Source of the DNA: Ferruginibacter sp.
Lineage (GTDB): Bacteria > Bacteroidota > Bacteroidia > Chitinophagales > Chitinophagaceae
Assembly (NCBI GenBank): GCA_017983695.1
Contig: JAGOAX010000010.1
Span: 64,716-128,715, forward strand
DNA length: 64,000 nt
Direction: 5' to 3'
Both the position numbers and the translations under genes were made by a program. This document shows, in pieces, positions 47,324-55,692 of this stretch (its first letter is position 1; every line of letters begins with the position of its first letter). The notes beneath the pieces were generated by a model. That model worked only from the letters and a program-made list of their open reading frames with translations. It was not told the DNA's origin and did not search any database.

Positions 47324-48376
47324 ATGAATATTAAAGCTTTTAAATACCTGTCGCCGGTTATTGTTTATGTATTAGCCTGGCTGGCCTTTACACAAACCGG
47401 ATGGCTTACCTGGTGCCCCATGCTTTACGCATGGGTTTTGCTACCGCTTGCGGAATTATTTATTGATGCCGATGCCAAAAATATGAGTGCCGCAGAAGAA
47501 GACCTGGCAAAAAAAAATCGTATGTACGATTACATGCTGTATATAATTGTGATATTACAGTTTGCTATGCTGTATAAATTTTTAAGCGTAATAGAGCAAC
47601 CCCATTTGCAGTGGTGGGAAATTATTGGGCGGGTTTGGACGATGGGTTTACTGTGTGGTACTTTTGGTATTAATGTTGGGCATGAGTTGGGGCACCGTAT
47701 AAATAAATTTGAACAGGCTTTGGCAAAAGCTTTACTGCTTACATCTTTATACCAGCACTTTTTTATTGAGCATAATAAAGGCCATCATAAAAATGTGGCT
47801 ACCCCACAAGACCCCAGCAGTGCAAGAATAAATGAACCCATCTATACTTTTTATTTCCGAACAATTATTTTCTCTTATTTATCTGCCTGGAAAATTGCCA
47901 ATGAAGAAATGAGAAAAAAAGGGCTTTCAATTTTTAATATCAAAAACGAAATGGTGCAGGCGCACTTTATTCAATTGTTGTTTTTGGTGGTAATACTTTC
48001 TGCATTCAGCTGGGCTGTTACACTTTATTTTTTATGTGCTGCCGCTATCGGTATCCTGCTTTTAGAAACTGTAAATTATATTGAACATTATGGCCTGCAA
48101 CGAAAACAAATTACCGAAGGAAAATATGAAAGAGTCCTGCCGGAACACAGCTGGAACAGCAATCATATTTTAGGAAGGCTGATGTTGTTTGAATTAAGCC
48201 GGCACAGCGATCATCATTATCTTGCCAGCAGAAAATACCAGGTATTGCAACACCATGATGATGCACCGCAGTTACCTACCGGTTACCCCGGCAGCATGAT
48301 ACTGGCTTTATTTCCTCCAGCCTGGTTTTATGTAATGAATAGAAAAATAAAACAACTGCAACCCAGTAATGAATAA
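47324..48376 (+). CDS. alkB: Alkane 1-monooxygenase, membrane diiron
   Basis: HELGH, EHNKGHH, NYIEHYGL, LSRHSDHH boxes. Confidence 0.88.
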   Translation: MNIKAFKYLSPVIVYVLAWLAFTQTGWLTWCPMLYAWVLLPLAELFIDADAKNMSAAEEDLAKKNRMYDYMLYIIVILQFAMLYKFLSVIEQPHLQWWEIIGRVWTMGLLCGTFGINVGHELGHRINKFEQALAKALLLTSLYQHFFIEHNKGHHKNVATPQDPSSARINEPIYTFYFRTIIFSYLSAWKIANEEMRKKGLSIFNIKNEMVQAHFIQLLFLVVILSAFSWAVTLYFLCAAAIGILLLETVNYIEHYGLQRKQITEGKYERVLPEHSWNSNHILGRLMLFELSRHSDHHYLASRKYQVLQHHDDAPQLPTGYPGSMILALFPPAWFYVMNRKIKQLQPSNE

Positions 48377-48378
48377 TA

Positions 48379-48828
48379 TTACTTTTTAGCATTTGCCCTT
48401 ACATATACCAACACGTTTTCTTTTTCAACATCAGTTAAACGTGCTTTTGATGCCATTACCTGCATAATGCTTACCCAGCGGTCAGACGTATAATCTGTTG
48501 TAACTTTTAATCCGTGACAACTGCCACATTTAGCATTATAGGTAGATTGGCCTTGTACTGCTGGGGAAGCTTTTGCCGGGTCAACAGGCAAGGACCTACT
48601 GCCTGCCGGAGTTGCCGGAACTGTACCTGCAGGAACTTCTTTAGTACCAGGTAGTGTTCCGGATTCTGATTTGCCAGAGGGTGTACCGGCAGGAACAGGT
48701 GGTGTAGCAGAAACGGCACCACTTGAAGAAGTACCGGAACCAATACCAGAACCGGCTGGTGCAGCAATTTTTTTAGCACATCCCCAAACCAATACTGATA
48801 CTGTAATAATGGTAAATATTTTTTTCAT
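48379..48828 (-). CDS. Monoheme cytochrome c lipoprotein with P/G/T/S linker
   Basis: VWG-C lipobox, low-complexity linker, CGSCH, candidate distal Met. Confidence 0.8.
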   Translation of the reverse strand: MKKIFTIITVSVLVWGCAKKIAAPAGSGIGSGTSSSGAVSATPPVPAGTPSGKSESGTLPGTKEVPAGTVPATPAGSRSLPVDPAKASPAVQGQSTYNAKCGSCHGLKVTTDYTSDRWVSIMQVMASKARLTDVEKENVLVYVRANAKK

Positions 48829-48901
48829 GTCTAAAATGTTTTAAGAAGAATAAATATAAGTTGTTTCTATAAAAACAATACAGCAACAACAATATTTTTT
48901 G

Positions 48902-50170
48902 TTAATGAATAGTTGTGGTACCAAAATAAGTATGTAACACCTGCGGTAAATTTATGCCGGTTTCAGTTTGATTATTTTCTAAGAGGCAGGCTACTATTCT
49001 TGGCAACGCCAATGAAGAGCCGTTAAGAGAATGTACCAATTGTGTTTTATTGCTTTCATCTTTAAAACGGATCTTCATCCGGTTTGACTGGAAGGTTTCG
49101 AAATTGCTGACACTACTCACTTCCAGCCATTTTTGCTGTGCTGCACTGTACACTTCAAAATCGTAAGTTAATGCACTGGTAAAACCCATATCGCCGCCAC
49201 ATAACCTTAAAATACGGTAAGGCAATTGTAATGTGTTTAAAAGTGTTTCAATATGTGCCACCATTTCTTCAAGCACTATATAACTTTTATCGGGGTGTAC
49301 CAGTTGTATAATTTCAACCTTATCAAACTGGTGTACCCTGTTCAATCCACGTACATCGCTGCCAAAACTTCCTGCTTCTCTTCTAAAACATGGTGTATAT
49401 GCTGTCATTTTAATTGGCAGCTCATTTTCCTTAACTATTTCATCACGGTAAATATTTGTTACCGGCACTTCTGCTGTGGGTATTAAATAAAATCCATCTG
49501 CAGTTGCATGATACATCTGTCCTTCTTTGTCCGGCAGTTGCCCCGTTCCATAAGCAGTTGCCTCGTTAACCATTAAAGGTGGCAGGTATTCAGTATATCC
49601 TGCGGCAATATTATAATCTAAAAAATATTGTATCAATGCTCTTTGCAATTTTGCTCCTTTTCCTTTATACAAAGGAAAACCGCTGCCTGTAATTTTTACA
49701 CCGGTTTCAAAATCCACCAGGTCATATTTTTTAATCAGGTCCCAGTGTGGTGTTGCTGTTGCAGGCAATATTGGCTTTATCCCCCCTTCTCTTACCACTT
49801 CATTATCCTCAGGTGTTTTTCCTATAGGTACAGTTATGTGAGGAAGATTAGGTAGTTTAAGAATAAGATCTTGCCAATGTGAATAATTATTTATTTCTTC
49901 TGAGCTTTCATTATATAGTTTTTTCAACTTTGCAATTTCAACTTTGCATTCTTCTACCAATCCAGAATTACCTTTTTGCATTTCAATGCTAATCTGCTTA
50001 TTCTTTTGGTTTAATAGCATCTTGTAATGTTCGATCTCTGCTTTAGTTGCTATAAATAGAGTGTGTAATCTTACGATTTCGTCAACCAATGATAAATCGT
50101 TAAAATTTTTTACACTTAACCTCTCTTTAACTAATTCAACATTCTGCTTGATAAAATTCACCTGTAACAT
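48902..50170 (-). CDS. serS: Serine--tRNA ligase
   Basis: GTGQLP, PTAEVP, FRREAG, GLNRVHQFDKVE, EVSSVSN; start at MLQVNF. Confidence 0.97.
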   Translation of the reverse strand: MLQVNFIKQNVELVKERLSVKNFNDLSLVDEIVRLHTLFIATKAEIEHYKMLLNQKNKQISIEMQKGNSGLVEECKVEIAKLKKLYNESSEEINNYSHWQDLILKLPNLPHITVPIGKTPEDNEVVREGGIKPILPATATPHWDLIKKYDLVDFETGVKITGSGFPLYKGKGAKLQRALIQYFLDYNIAAGYTEYLPPLMVNEATAYGTGQLPDKEGQMYHATADGFYLIPTAEVPVTNIYRDEIVKENELPIKMTAYTPCFRREAGSFGSDVRGLNRVHQFDKVEIIQLVHPDKSYIVLEEMVAHIETLLNTLQLPYRILRLCGGDMGFTSALTYDFEVYSAAQQKWLEVSSVSNFETFQSNRMKIRFKDESNKTQLVHSLNGSSLALPRIVACLLENNQTETGINLPQVLHTYFGTTTIH

Positions 50171-50219
50171 CTTATTAAAAATTTTGGCAAAGGTAAGGTT
50201 TTGATCTTTTTGCGAAAAG

Positions 50220-50304
50220 ATAGAACACAGATGGCGCTGATGAAACAGATAAAAAACAGATTGATCAGTGTAAACCAGTCCGATCCGTTTCATCTGTGTT
50301 CTAT
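50220..50304. repeat. Inverted-repeat element between divergent promoters
   Basis: atagaacacagatg (50220-50233) / catctgtgttctat (50291-50304) perfect 14 bp, internal acagat repeats. Confidence 0.8.
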
Positions 50305-50320
50305 ACTTTATATTTGCAAA

Positions 50321-50674
50321 ATGCAACATGTTCGGGACGATTTACAGGTGAGGTGGTTAAAGCTCCGCATTAAACTAAAAGAGCGCTTTGGCATAAAGCC
50401 CGATATGGATGGTGTGTTGCTGTTAATTGGTGTACAGGAACTGGGTGCCGGGCCACAAAAATTTACCAAGGAAGAAAAACAGGACCTGATGCATATTGCA
50501 GTATGTACTGTACTTTCGGCCAGTGGTTATTACAGTTTAGAAGGGCACGATGAAGAAGGCTGGCCGCATTTTATACAACTAAAAGAACTGCCCGGCTTTG
50601 TGATGATGGAACAGGAAAATTTTTTAAAAGACCACATACTTTTATATTTTCAAAACCAAAAATTTATCGACTGA
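50321..50674 (+). CDS. Hypothetical protein
   Basis: MQHVRDD start follows TATATTTG at 50309; DLMHIAVC...GWPHF. Confidence 0.8.
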   Translation: MQHVRDDLQVRWLKLRIKLKERFGIKPDMDGVLLLIGVQELGAGPQKFTKEEKQDLMHIAVCTVLSASGYYSLEGHDEEGWPHFIQLKELPGFVMMEQENFLKDHILLYFQNQKFID

Positions 50675-50680
50675 TCATTT

Positions 50681-51421
50681 ATGAACAAATTAAAAGTTTT
50701 AATCCCGGTTTTATTACTTACACTATTTGCTGTTACTGTAACTGCACAGGTTAAAAAGGCTCCGGTAAAAAAGAAACCGGTACCAGTAAAAAAAACAGTT
50801 AGTTTTAAACCTCCTGTAATTAAAAAAATTCCGGGTATCAGGGTTAAGCTTACAACAGACTCCGGCATAATTGTAATCCGCCTGTACGATTCCACACCGC
50901 TGCACCGTGATAATTTTGTAAAACTGGTAAATGAACATTTTTACGATAGCCTTTTATTTCACCGTGTAATAAAAGGGTTTATGATACAGGGCGGCGATCC
51001 GCTAAGTAAAAATGCTGACTCTGCAGCCATGCTGGGCATGGGTGGTGGCGATATGACAAGAATACCTGCAGAATTCAGAACTACACTGTTTCATAAAAAA
51101 GGTGTTTTAGCTGCTGCAAGAGATGGCAACCCGGAAAAAGCCAGCAGTGCCTGCCAGTTTTATATTGCACAGGGAAAAAAATATACTGATGCAGAACTGA
51201 ATATGCTGGAAGGGCAGATGGGACAAAAGTTTTCTGCTGCCAAACGATTAGCTTATAAAACTGTTGGCGGTATACCGTTTTTAGATATGAACTATACCGT
51301 GTATGGCGAAGTGGAAACCGGGCTTGAAGTAGTTGATAAAATTGCAGGCGTACCTACAAGCGGCGATCCTTTCAACAGGCCATTGGGCAATGTGAGAATG
51401 AGGATGGAAGTGGTAAAATAA
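50681..51421 (+). CDS. Cyclophilin-type peptidylprolyl isomerase
   Basis: FHRVIKGFMIQGGD, SSACQFYI, YTVYGEV. Confidence 0.95.
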   Translation: MNKLKVLIPVLLLTLFAVTVTAQVKKAPVKKKPVPVKKTVSFKPPVIKKIPGIRVKLTTDSGIIVIRLYDSTPLHRDNFVKLVNEHFYDSLLFHRVIKGFMIQGGDPLSKNADSAAMLGMGGGDMTRIPAEFRTTLFHKKGVLAAARDGNPEKASSACQFYIAQGKKYTDAELNMLEGQMGQKFSAAKRLAYKTVGGIPFLDMNYTVYGEVETGLEVVDKIAGVPTSGDPFNRPLGNVRMRMEVVK

Positions 51422-51423
51422 AA

Positions 51424-51455
51424 ATTTAGAGGTTTAGGCATTTAGAAGTTTAGGC
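51424..51455. repeat. Octamer-period repeat
   Basis: atttagag gtttaggc atttagaa gtttaggc. Confidence 0.65.
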
Positions 51456-51519
51456 TTTGTTACTGAAAAACTTTAATTTGCGCCATAATTAATTTATTAA
51501 AATATTTAACTGATAACAA

Positions 51520-51897
51520 ATGACTTTTCCAGCAAACCTGCGCTATACCAAAGACCACGAATGGATTTCTTTAGAAGGTAATGTTGCCACAATTGGTATT
51601 ACCGAATTTGCCCAGGGCGAACTGGGAGATATTGTTTATGTTGACATTAGCTCAAAAGGCAAAAGCTTTGGTGCAGAAGAAGTATTTGGAACTGTGGAAG
51701 CTGTAAAAACGGTAAGCGATCTTTTTTTACCGGTTAGCGGAACCATTACAGAAGTAAACCCTGCATTGGAAGCACAACCTGAACTGGTAAACACCGACCC
51801 ATACGGGCAGGGTTGGATGATTAAAATGACGGTAGATAATATTGAAGCCGTGGAAGCGTTATTGAATGCCGAAGCATATACTGCTTTGGTCGCTTAA
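51520..51897 (+). CDS. gcvH: Glycine cleavage system H protein
   Basis: YTKDHEW, VEAVKTVSD lipoyl-Lys motif, DPYGQGW. Confidence 0.97.
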   Translation: MTFPANLRYTKDHEWISLEGNVATIGITEFAQGELGDIVYVDISSKGKSFGAEEVFGTVEAVKTVSDLFLPVSGTITEVNPALEAQPELVNTDPYGQGWMIKMTVDNIEAVEALLNAEAYTALVA

Positions 51898-51905
51898 TAT
51901 AAAAA

Positions 51906-52322
51906 ATGGCAACTCAAAACAGTTCTCCCTTTTGGGGTATAGGTATTAAAAAATTTATTCCAGGCATTGCCTGGTTTTTTCTTATTCTCATTGCTGTATG
52001 CACACCTGGCGGGGATTTACCCAAAATGGGAGGATGGTTTACCCAGGTAGATTTTGATAAACTCATTCATGTAGGATTGTTTGCAGTACTGGCCTTTTTA
52101 TTTATGTACCCGTTTTCAACCACGGCATTATCTAAACAACAAAAATGGCATTATTTTATAAAGATTGCCATTGCCAGCTCCCTTTGGGGTTTAACCTCTG
52201 AATTGATTCAACGGTATTTTATACCCGGCAGAAGTTTTGACCTTTTTGATTGGGGAGCTGATAGCCTGGGCGGTCTTATTGCCATGGTGTTTTGCAAAAT
52301 AAAATTTTTAAACCGGGCTTAG
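51906..52322 (+). CDS. VanZ family protein
   Basis: DKLIHVGLF, SELIQ, IPGRSFDLFD. Confidence 0.9.
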   Translation: MATQNSSPFWGIGIKKFIPGIAWFFLILIAVCTPGGDLPKMGGWFTQVDFDKLIHVGLFAVLAFLFMYPFSTTALSKQQKWHYFIKIAIASSLWGLTSELIQRYFIPGRSFDLFDWGADSLGGLIAMVFCKIKFLNRA

Positions 52323-52387
52323 CGGCATATAGCTATACTATACAGCCACAGCTTGTTTCCTCCACTTTAACTGCTTATATTTGTACA

Positions 52388-53143
52388 ATGCTAAATGTTG
52401 ACAACATGGAATACAACACAGGTAGAAACCACCTGATGATGAAGGAGTACGGACGCCACATCCAGAAAATGGTTGAATATCTTTTATCAATACAGGATAA
52501 GGAAGAACGCCAGCGGAATGCTTACGCTGTTATTGAATTAATGGGCTTTTTAAACCCACACTTAAAAAACGTGGAGGATTTTCGCCATAAACTATGGGAT
52601 CATCTTTTTTTAATAAGTGATTTTACATTGGATGTGGAAAGTCCCTATCCCATCCCCACCAAAGAAACTTTAAAAGCTAAACCGGAGGTATTAAGGTATC
52701 CAAAAAAATACCCCAAGTTCAATCACCTGGGTAAAAATATTGAAGTAGTAATTGATAAAGCACTTAAAGAAGAAAATCCCGACAAAAAACAGGGCTTTGC
52801 AAATGCTATTGCTTACTACATGAAATTGACGTATAGCAACTGGCATAAAGAGCTGGTGCATGATGATAATATTCAGAGTGAATTATCTACCATTACACAG
52901 GGCGAACTGGAATTTAACAACCGTCCATTTGTAAAACACCGTACCGATAACCGCAGCGAAGATGATTATGGTGGAGGAAGAACAAATAACTACCGTAAAA
53001 ATTTTGGTGGCAGAGATAATAACCGGAACAGAGGCGGCAGCGATAACAGGAATAACAGGGGTGGTAGCGATAACAGGAATAACAGAGGTGGTGGTGGAGA
53101 TAACCGGAATAATAATAACAGAAATTTTAAGAAAAGATATTGA
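52388..53143 (+). CDS. DUF4290 family protein with N/R/G-rich tail
   Basis: MEYNT, EYGRHIQKM, HKLWDHL; start at MLNVDN or MEYN. Confidence 0.88.
   Translation: MLNVDNMEYNTGRNHLMMKEYGRHIQKMVEYLLSIQDKEERQRNAYAVIELMGFLNPHLKNVEDFRHKLWDHLFLISDFTLDVESPYPIPTKETLKAKPEVLRYPKKYPKFNHLGKNIEVVIDKALKEENPDKKQGFANAIAYYMKLTYSNWHKELVHDDNIQSELSTITQGELEFNNRPFVKHRTDNRSEDDYGGGRTNNYRKNFGGRDNNRNRGGSDNRNNRGGSDNRNNRGGGGDNRNNNNRNFKKRY
53039..53092 (+). repeat. 27-bp coding tandem repeat (SDNRNNRGG x2)
   Basis: agcgataacaggaataacagRggtggt twice, with degenerate flanking copies. Confidence 0.9.
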
Positions 53144-53145
53144 CA

Positions 53146-53279
53146 ACACGAATTAGGCTAATTGCACTAATTACACGAATTAAAATAATTACCTGATGTA
53201 TTTACGTCAGGTTTTTTATTTGTTATTTTTAATTCGTGTACTGAGCTTGTCGAAAGTATTAGTGGCTTAAATTCGTGTA
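53146..53279. repeat. acacgaatt/aattcgtgt inverted element enclosing a terminator, with a 17-nt REP-like insertion
   Basis: Left cactaattacacgaatt; right aattcgtgta[ctgagcttgtcgaaagt]attagtg. Confidence 0.75.
53191..53217 (+). terminator. Terminator after the DUF4290 gene
   Basis: acctgatgt...acgtcaggt plus T run. Confidence 0.75.
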
Positions 53280-53291
53280 ATAAAAAATAAT

Positions 53292-54596
53292 ATGCAATCA
53301 TTTGAAGTAAGAGGCGGTAAAAAATTATCAGGAGAAATTACTCCGCAGGGTGCAAAGAACGAAGCGCTGCAAATTATTTCAGCAGTATTACTTACTGCCG
53401 AAAAAGTAACCATTAAAAATATCCCAGACATTATTGATGTTAACTTGCTGATTGACCTGTTGGGGGAAATGAACGTAAAAACAGAACGCATAAGCCGGGA
53501 CACCTGCATTTTTCATGCTGATAATGTAGATGTGGAATATTTACACAGCGAAGCTTATCATAAAAAAAGCGGTAAACTTCGTGGCTCTGTAATGCTGGCC
53601 GGGCCAATGCTGGCAAGATTTAAAAAAGCCTACATTCCAAAACCCGGTGGCGATAAAATTGGCCGCAGAAGATTAGATACACATATCATCGGTTTTGAAA
53701 AATTAGGCGCCGCCTTCTCTTACCACGAAGATGGATTTTTTCATTTGCAGGCAAACGAATTAAAAGGCACAGCTATTCAACTGGATGAACCCAGCGTAAC
53801 CGGCACTGCAAATATTGTAATGGCAGCGGTTTTAGCAAAAGGCACAACCAGTATTTATAATGCCGCCTGTGAGCCTTACCTGCAACAGCTTTGCCGTATG
53901 CTTAACCAAATGGGTGCAAAAATATCGGGCATTGGCAGCAATCTTTTAATAATTGAAGGTGTGGATACTTTGGGCGGCACCACCCACAGCATGTTGCCCG
54001 ATATGATTGAAGTAGGAAGTTTTATTGGCCTTGCCGCCATGACGCAGAGCGACATCACTATAAAAAATGCAGGCATACAGCACCTGGGCATTATTCCCGA
54101 AAAATTTCAGCAGCTGGGTATACAAATGAATTTTAATGGCGATGATATTCATATTCCATCGCAGGAAATATATGAGATCAATAAATACATGGATGGTGGC
54201 GTGCTTACTATTTACGATCACCCCTGGCCGGGCTTTACACCCGATTTACTGAGCATCGTTTTAGTAACAGCCATACAGGCAAAGGGTAGTGTGCTCATTC
54301 ATCAAAAAATGTTTGAGAGCCGGTTGTTTTTTGTAGATAAGCTTATAGATATGGGGGCACAAATTATTTTATGCGATCCTCACCGTGCTGTGGTAATTGG
54401 TTTAGAAAGAGAACAACAGCTCCGTGGCATTACTATGAGCAGCCCCGACATACGTGCAGGTGTGGCTTTGCTAATTGCCGCATTAAGTGCACAGGGAAAA
54501 AGCGTAATTCAAAATATTGAGCAGATAGACAGAGGCTACCAGAATATTGATACCAGGCTAATACAATTGGGTGCAGATATTAAAAGGATAAATTAA
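53292..54596 (+). CDS. murA: UDP-N-acetylglucosamine 1-carboxyvinyltransferase
   Basis: GAKNEAL, PGGDKIGRR, HPWPGFTPD, DIRAG, IDRGY. Confidence 0.97.
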   Translation: MQSFEVRGGKKLSGEITPQGAKNEALQIISAVLLTAEKVTIKNIPDIIDVNLLIDLLGEMNVKTERISRDTCIFHADNVDVEYLHSEAYHKKSGKLRGSVMLAGPMLARFKKAYIPKPGGDKIGRRRLDTHIIGFEKLGAAFSYHEDGFFHLQANELKGTAIQLDEPSVTGTANIVMAAVLAKGTTSIYNAACEPYLQQLCRMLNQMGAKISGIGSNLLIIEGVDTLGGTTHSMLPDMIEVGSFIGLAAMTQSDITIKNAGIQHLGIIPEKFQQLGIQMNFNGDDIHIPSQEIYEINKYMDGGVLTIYDHPWPGFTPDLLSIVLVTAIQAKGSVLIHQKMFESRLFFVDKLIDMGAQIILCDPHRAVVIGLEREQQLRGITMSSPDIRAGVALLIAALSAQGKSVIQNIEQIDRGYQNIDTRLIQLGADIKRIN

Positions 54597-54605
54597 ACAG
54601 TTGTT

Positions 54606-55028
54606 GTGAAAAATATCATTTACTTACTTATTGCATTTTTTGCTGTCACGTTTCTTTTTTCCTGCCAAAGCAAAACTATAAAAATGCTTGTAAAAAAATG
54701 GGATTGTGTACAGATTGAAAACCTGGCACCCATTGATAAAAATTTTGCAACACCACAGGATTCGGCTGCAGCAATAAAAATAGAAACAGCACTTAAGGCT
54801 TTAACATGGACCTTCAACAGCAATTACACTTACGATTGCAGTGTGGGTAACAGCATTACTGTGCAGGGCACTTACGAAATTACACCCGACGATAAAACAC
54901 TTATACTCACACCGATTTCTAAAAACAATATTAACAGGTATACCATCACTACAGTATCTGAAAATGAATTGACATTAAGCAGTACCGGTACTACATTGCC
55001 ATTAATTCTTCATTTCAGGCCACATTAA
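54606..55028 (+). CDS. Lipocalin-like lipoprotein
   Basis: LFS-C lipobox, KKW, GTY, ENELTL pattern. Confidence 0.65.
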   Translation: MKNIIYLLIAFFAVTFLFSCQSKTIKMLVKKWDCVQIENLAPIDKNFATPQDSAAAIKIETALKALTWTFNSNYTYDCSVGNSITVQGTYEITPDDKTLILTPISKNNINRYTITTVSENELTLSSTGTTLPLILHFRPH

Positions 55029-55051
55029 AACAAAAAACATTTTCTTTGCAC

Positions 55052-55627
55052 ATGGCTTCAGCAAAAAACAAATTATTGATTATTACTGCCCCTTCCGGGG
55101 CAGGTAAAACTTCTATAACCAAACACCTGATGCAGCATTTTCCGCAGCTGGCTTTTTCGGTTTCTGCCGCTACACGCCAACGCCGGGGTATGGAAAAAGA
55201 TGGTGTGGATTATCATTTTATAAGCACCGAAGATTTTAAACAAAAAATACAACACAACGAATTTATTGAGTGGGAAATGGTGTACGAAGGAAAGTATTAC
55301 GGCACTTTAAAAACAGAGTTGGAAAAAATATGGGGGCAGCATAAAATCCCTGTTTTAGATATTGATATTAAAGGCGCCATTCATGTACAGCAGCAATTTC
55401 CCGAAACTTCTTTAAGCCTGTTTATTGAACCCCCATCAGTAGATGAATTAAAAAAAAGACTGCAAAGCCGTGGTACCGAAACTGCAGAATCGTTGGCGGC
55501 AAGGGTTAATAAAGCATCTTATGAGTTGTCTTTTAAAGATCATTTCAACAAAATAATTGTAAACGATGATTTACAAAAGGCCTGTGCCGCAGCGGTAAAT
55601 ATTGTTGGTGATTTCATTAAATCATAA
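55052..55627 (+). CDS. gmk: Guanylate kinase
   Basis: APSGAGKT, SATTR, YYGT, LDID. Confidence 0.97.
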   Translation: MASAKNKLLIITAPSGAGKTSITKHLMQHFPQLAFSVSAATRQRRGMEKDGVDYHFISTEDFKQKIQHNEFIEWEMVYEGKYYGTLKTELEKIWGQHKIPVLDIDIKGAIHVQQQFPETSLSLFIEPPSVDELKKRLQSRGTETAESLAARVNKASYELSFKDHFNKIIVNDDLQKACAAAVNIVGDFIKS

Positions 55628-55692
55628 TCTCCCTTTAACCCGCTTTACACCCCCGAAAAAACGAATTGTTTTTTCTTCCTTATTTTTATAGT

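Noticed and set aside
50171-50329. N-terminal extensions in the ORF track (serS, 50201 ORF; likewise rodA, 52292, 17318, 10924, 22680, 55666, 58152)
   Set aside because: They run through promoters or repeats; downstream ATGs match family starts
53292-54596. Functional link between fosfomycin-resistant MurA and the phosphonate operon
   Set aside because: 50 kb apart; the Asp variant is likely lineage-wide
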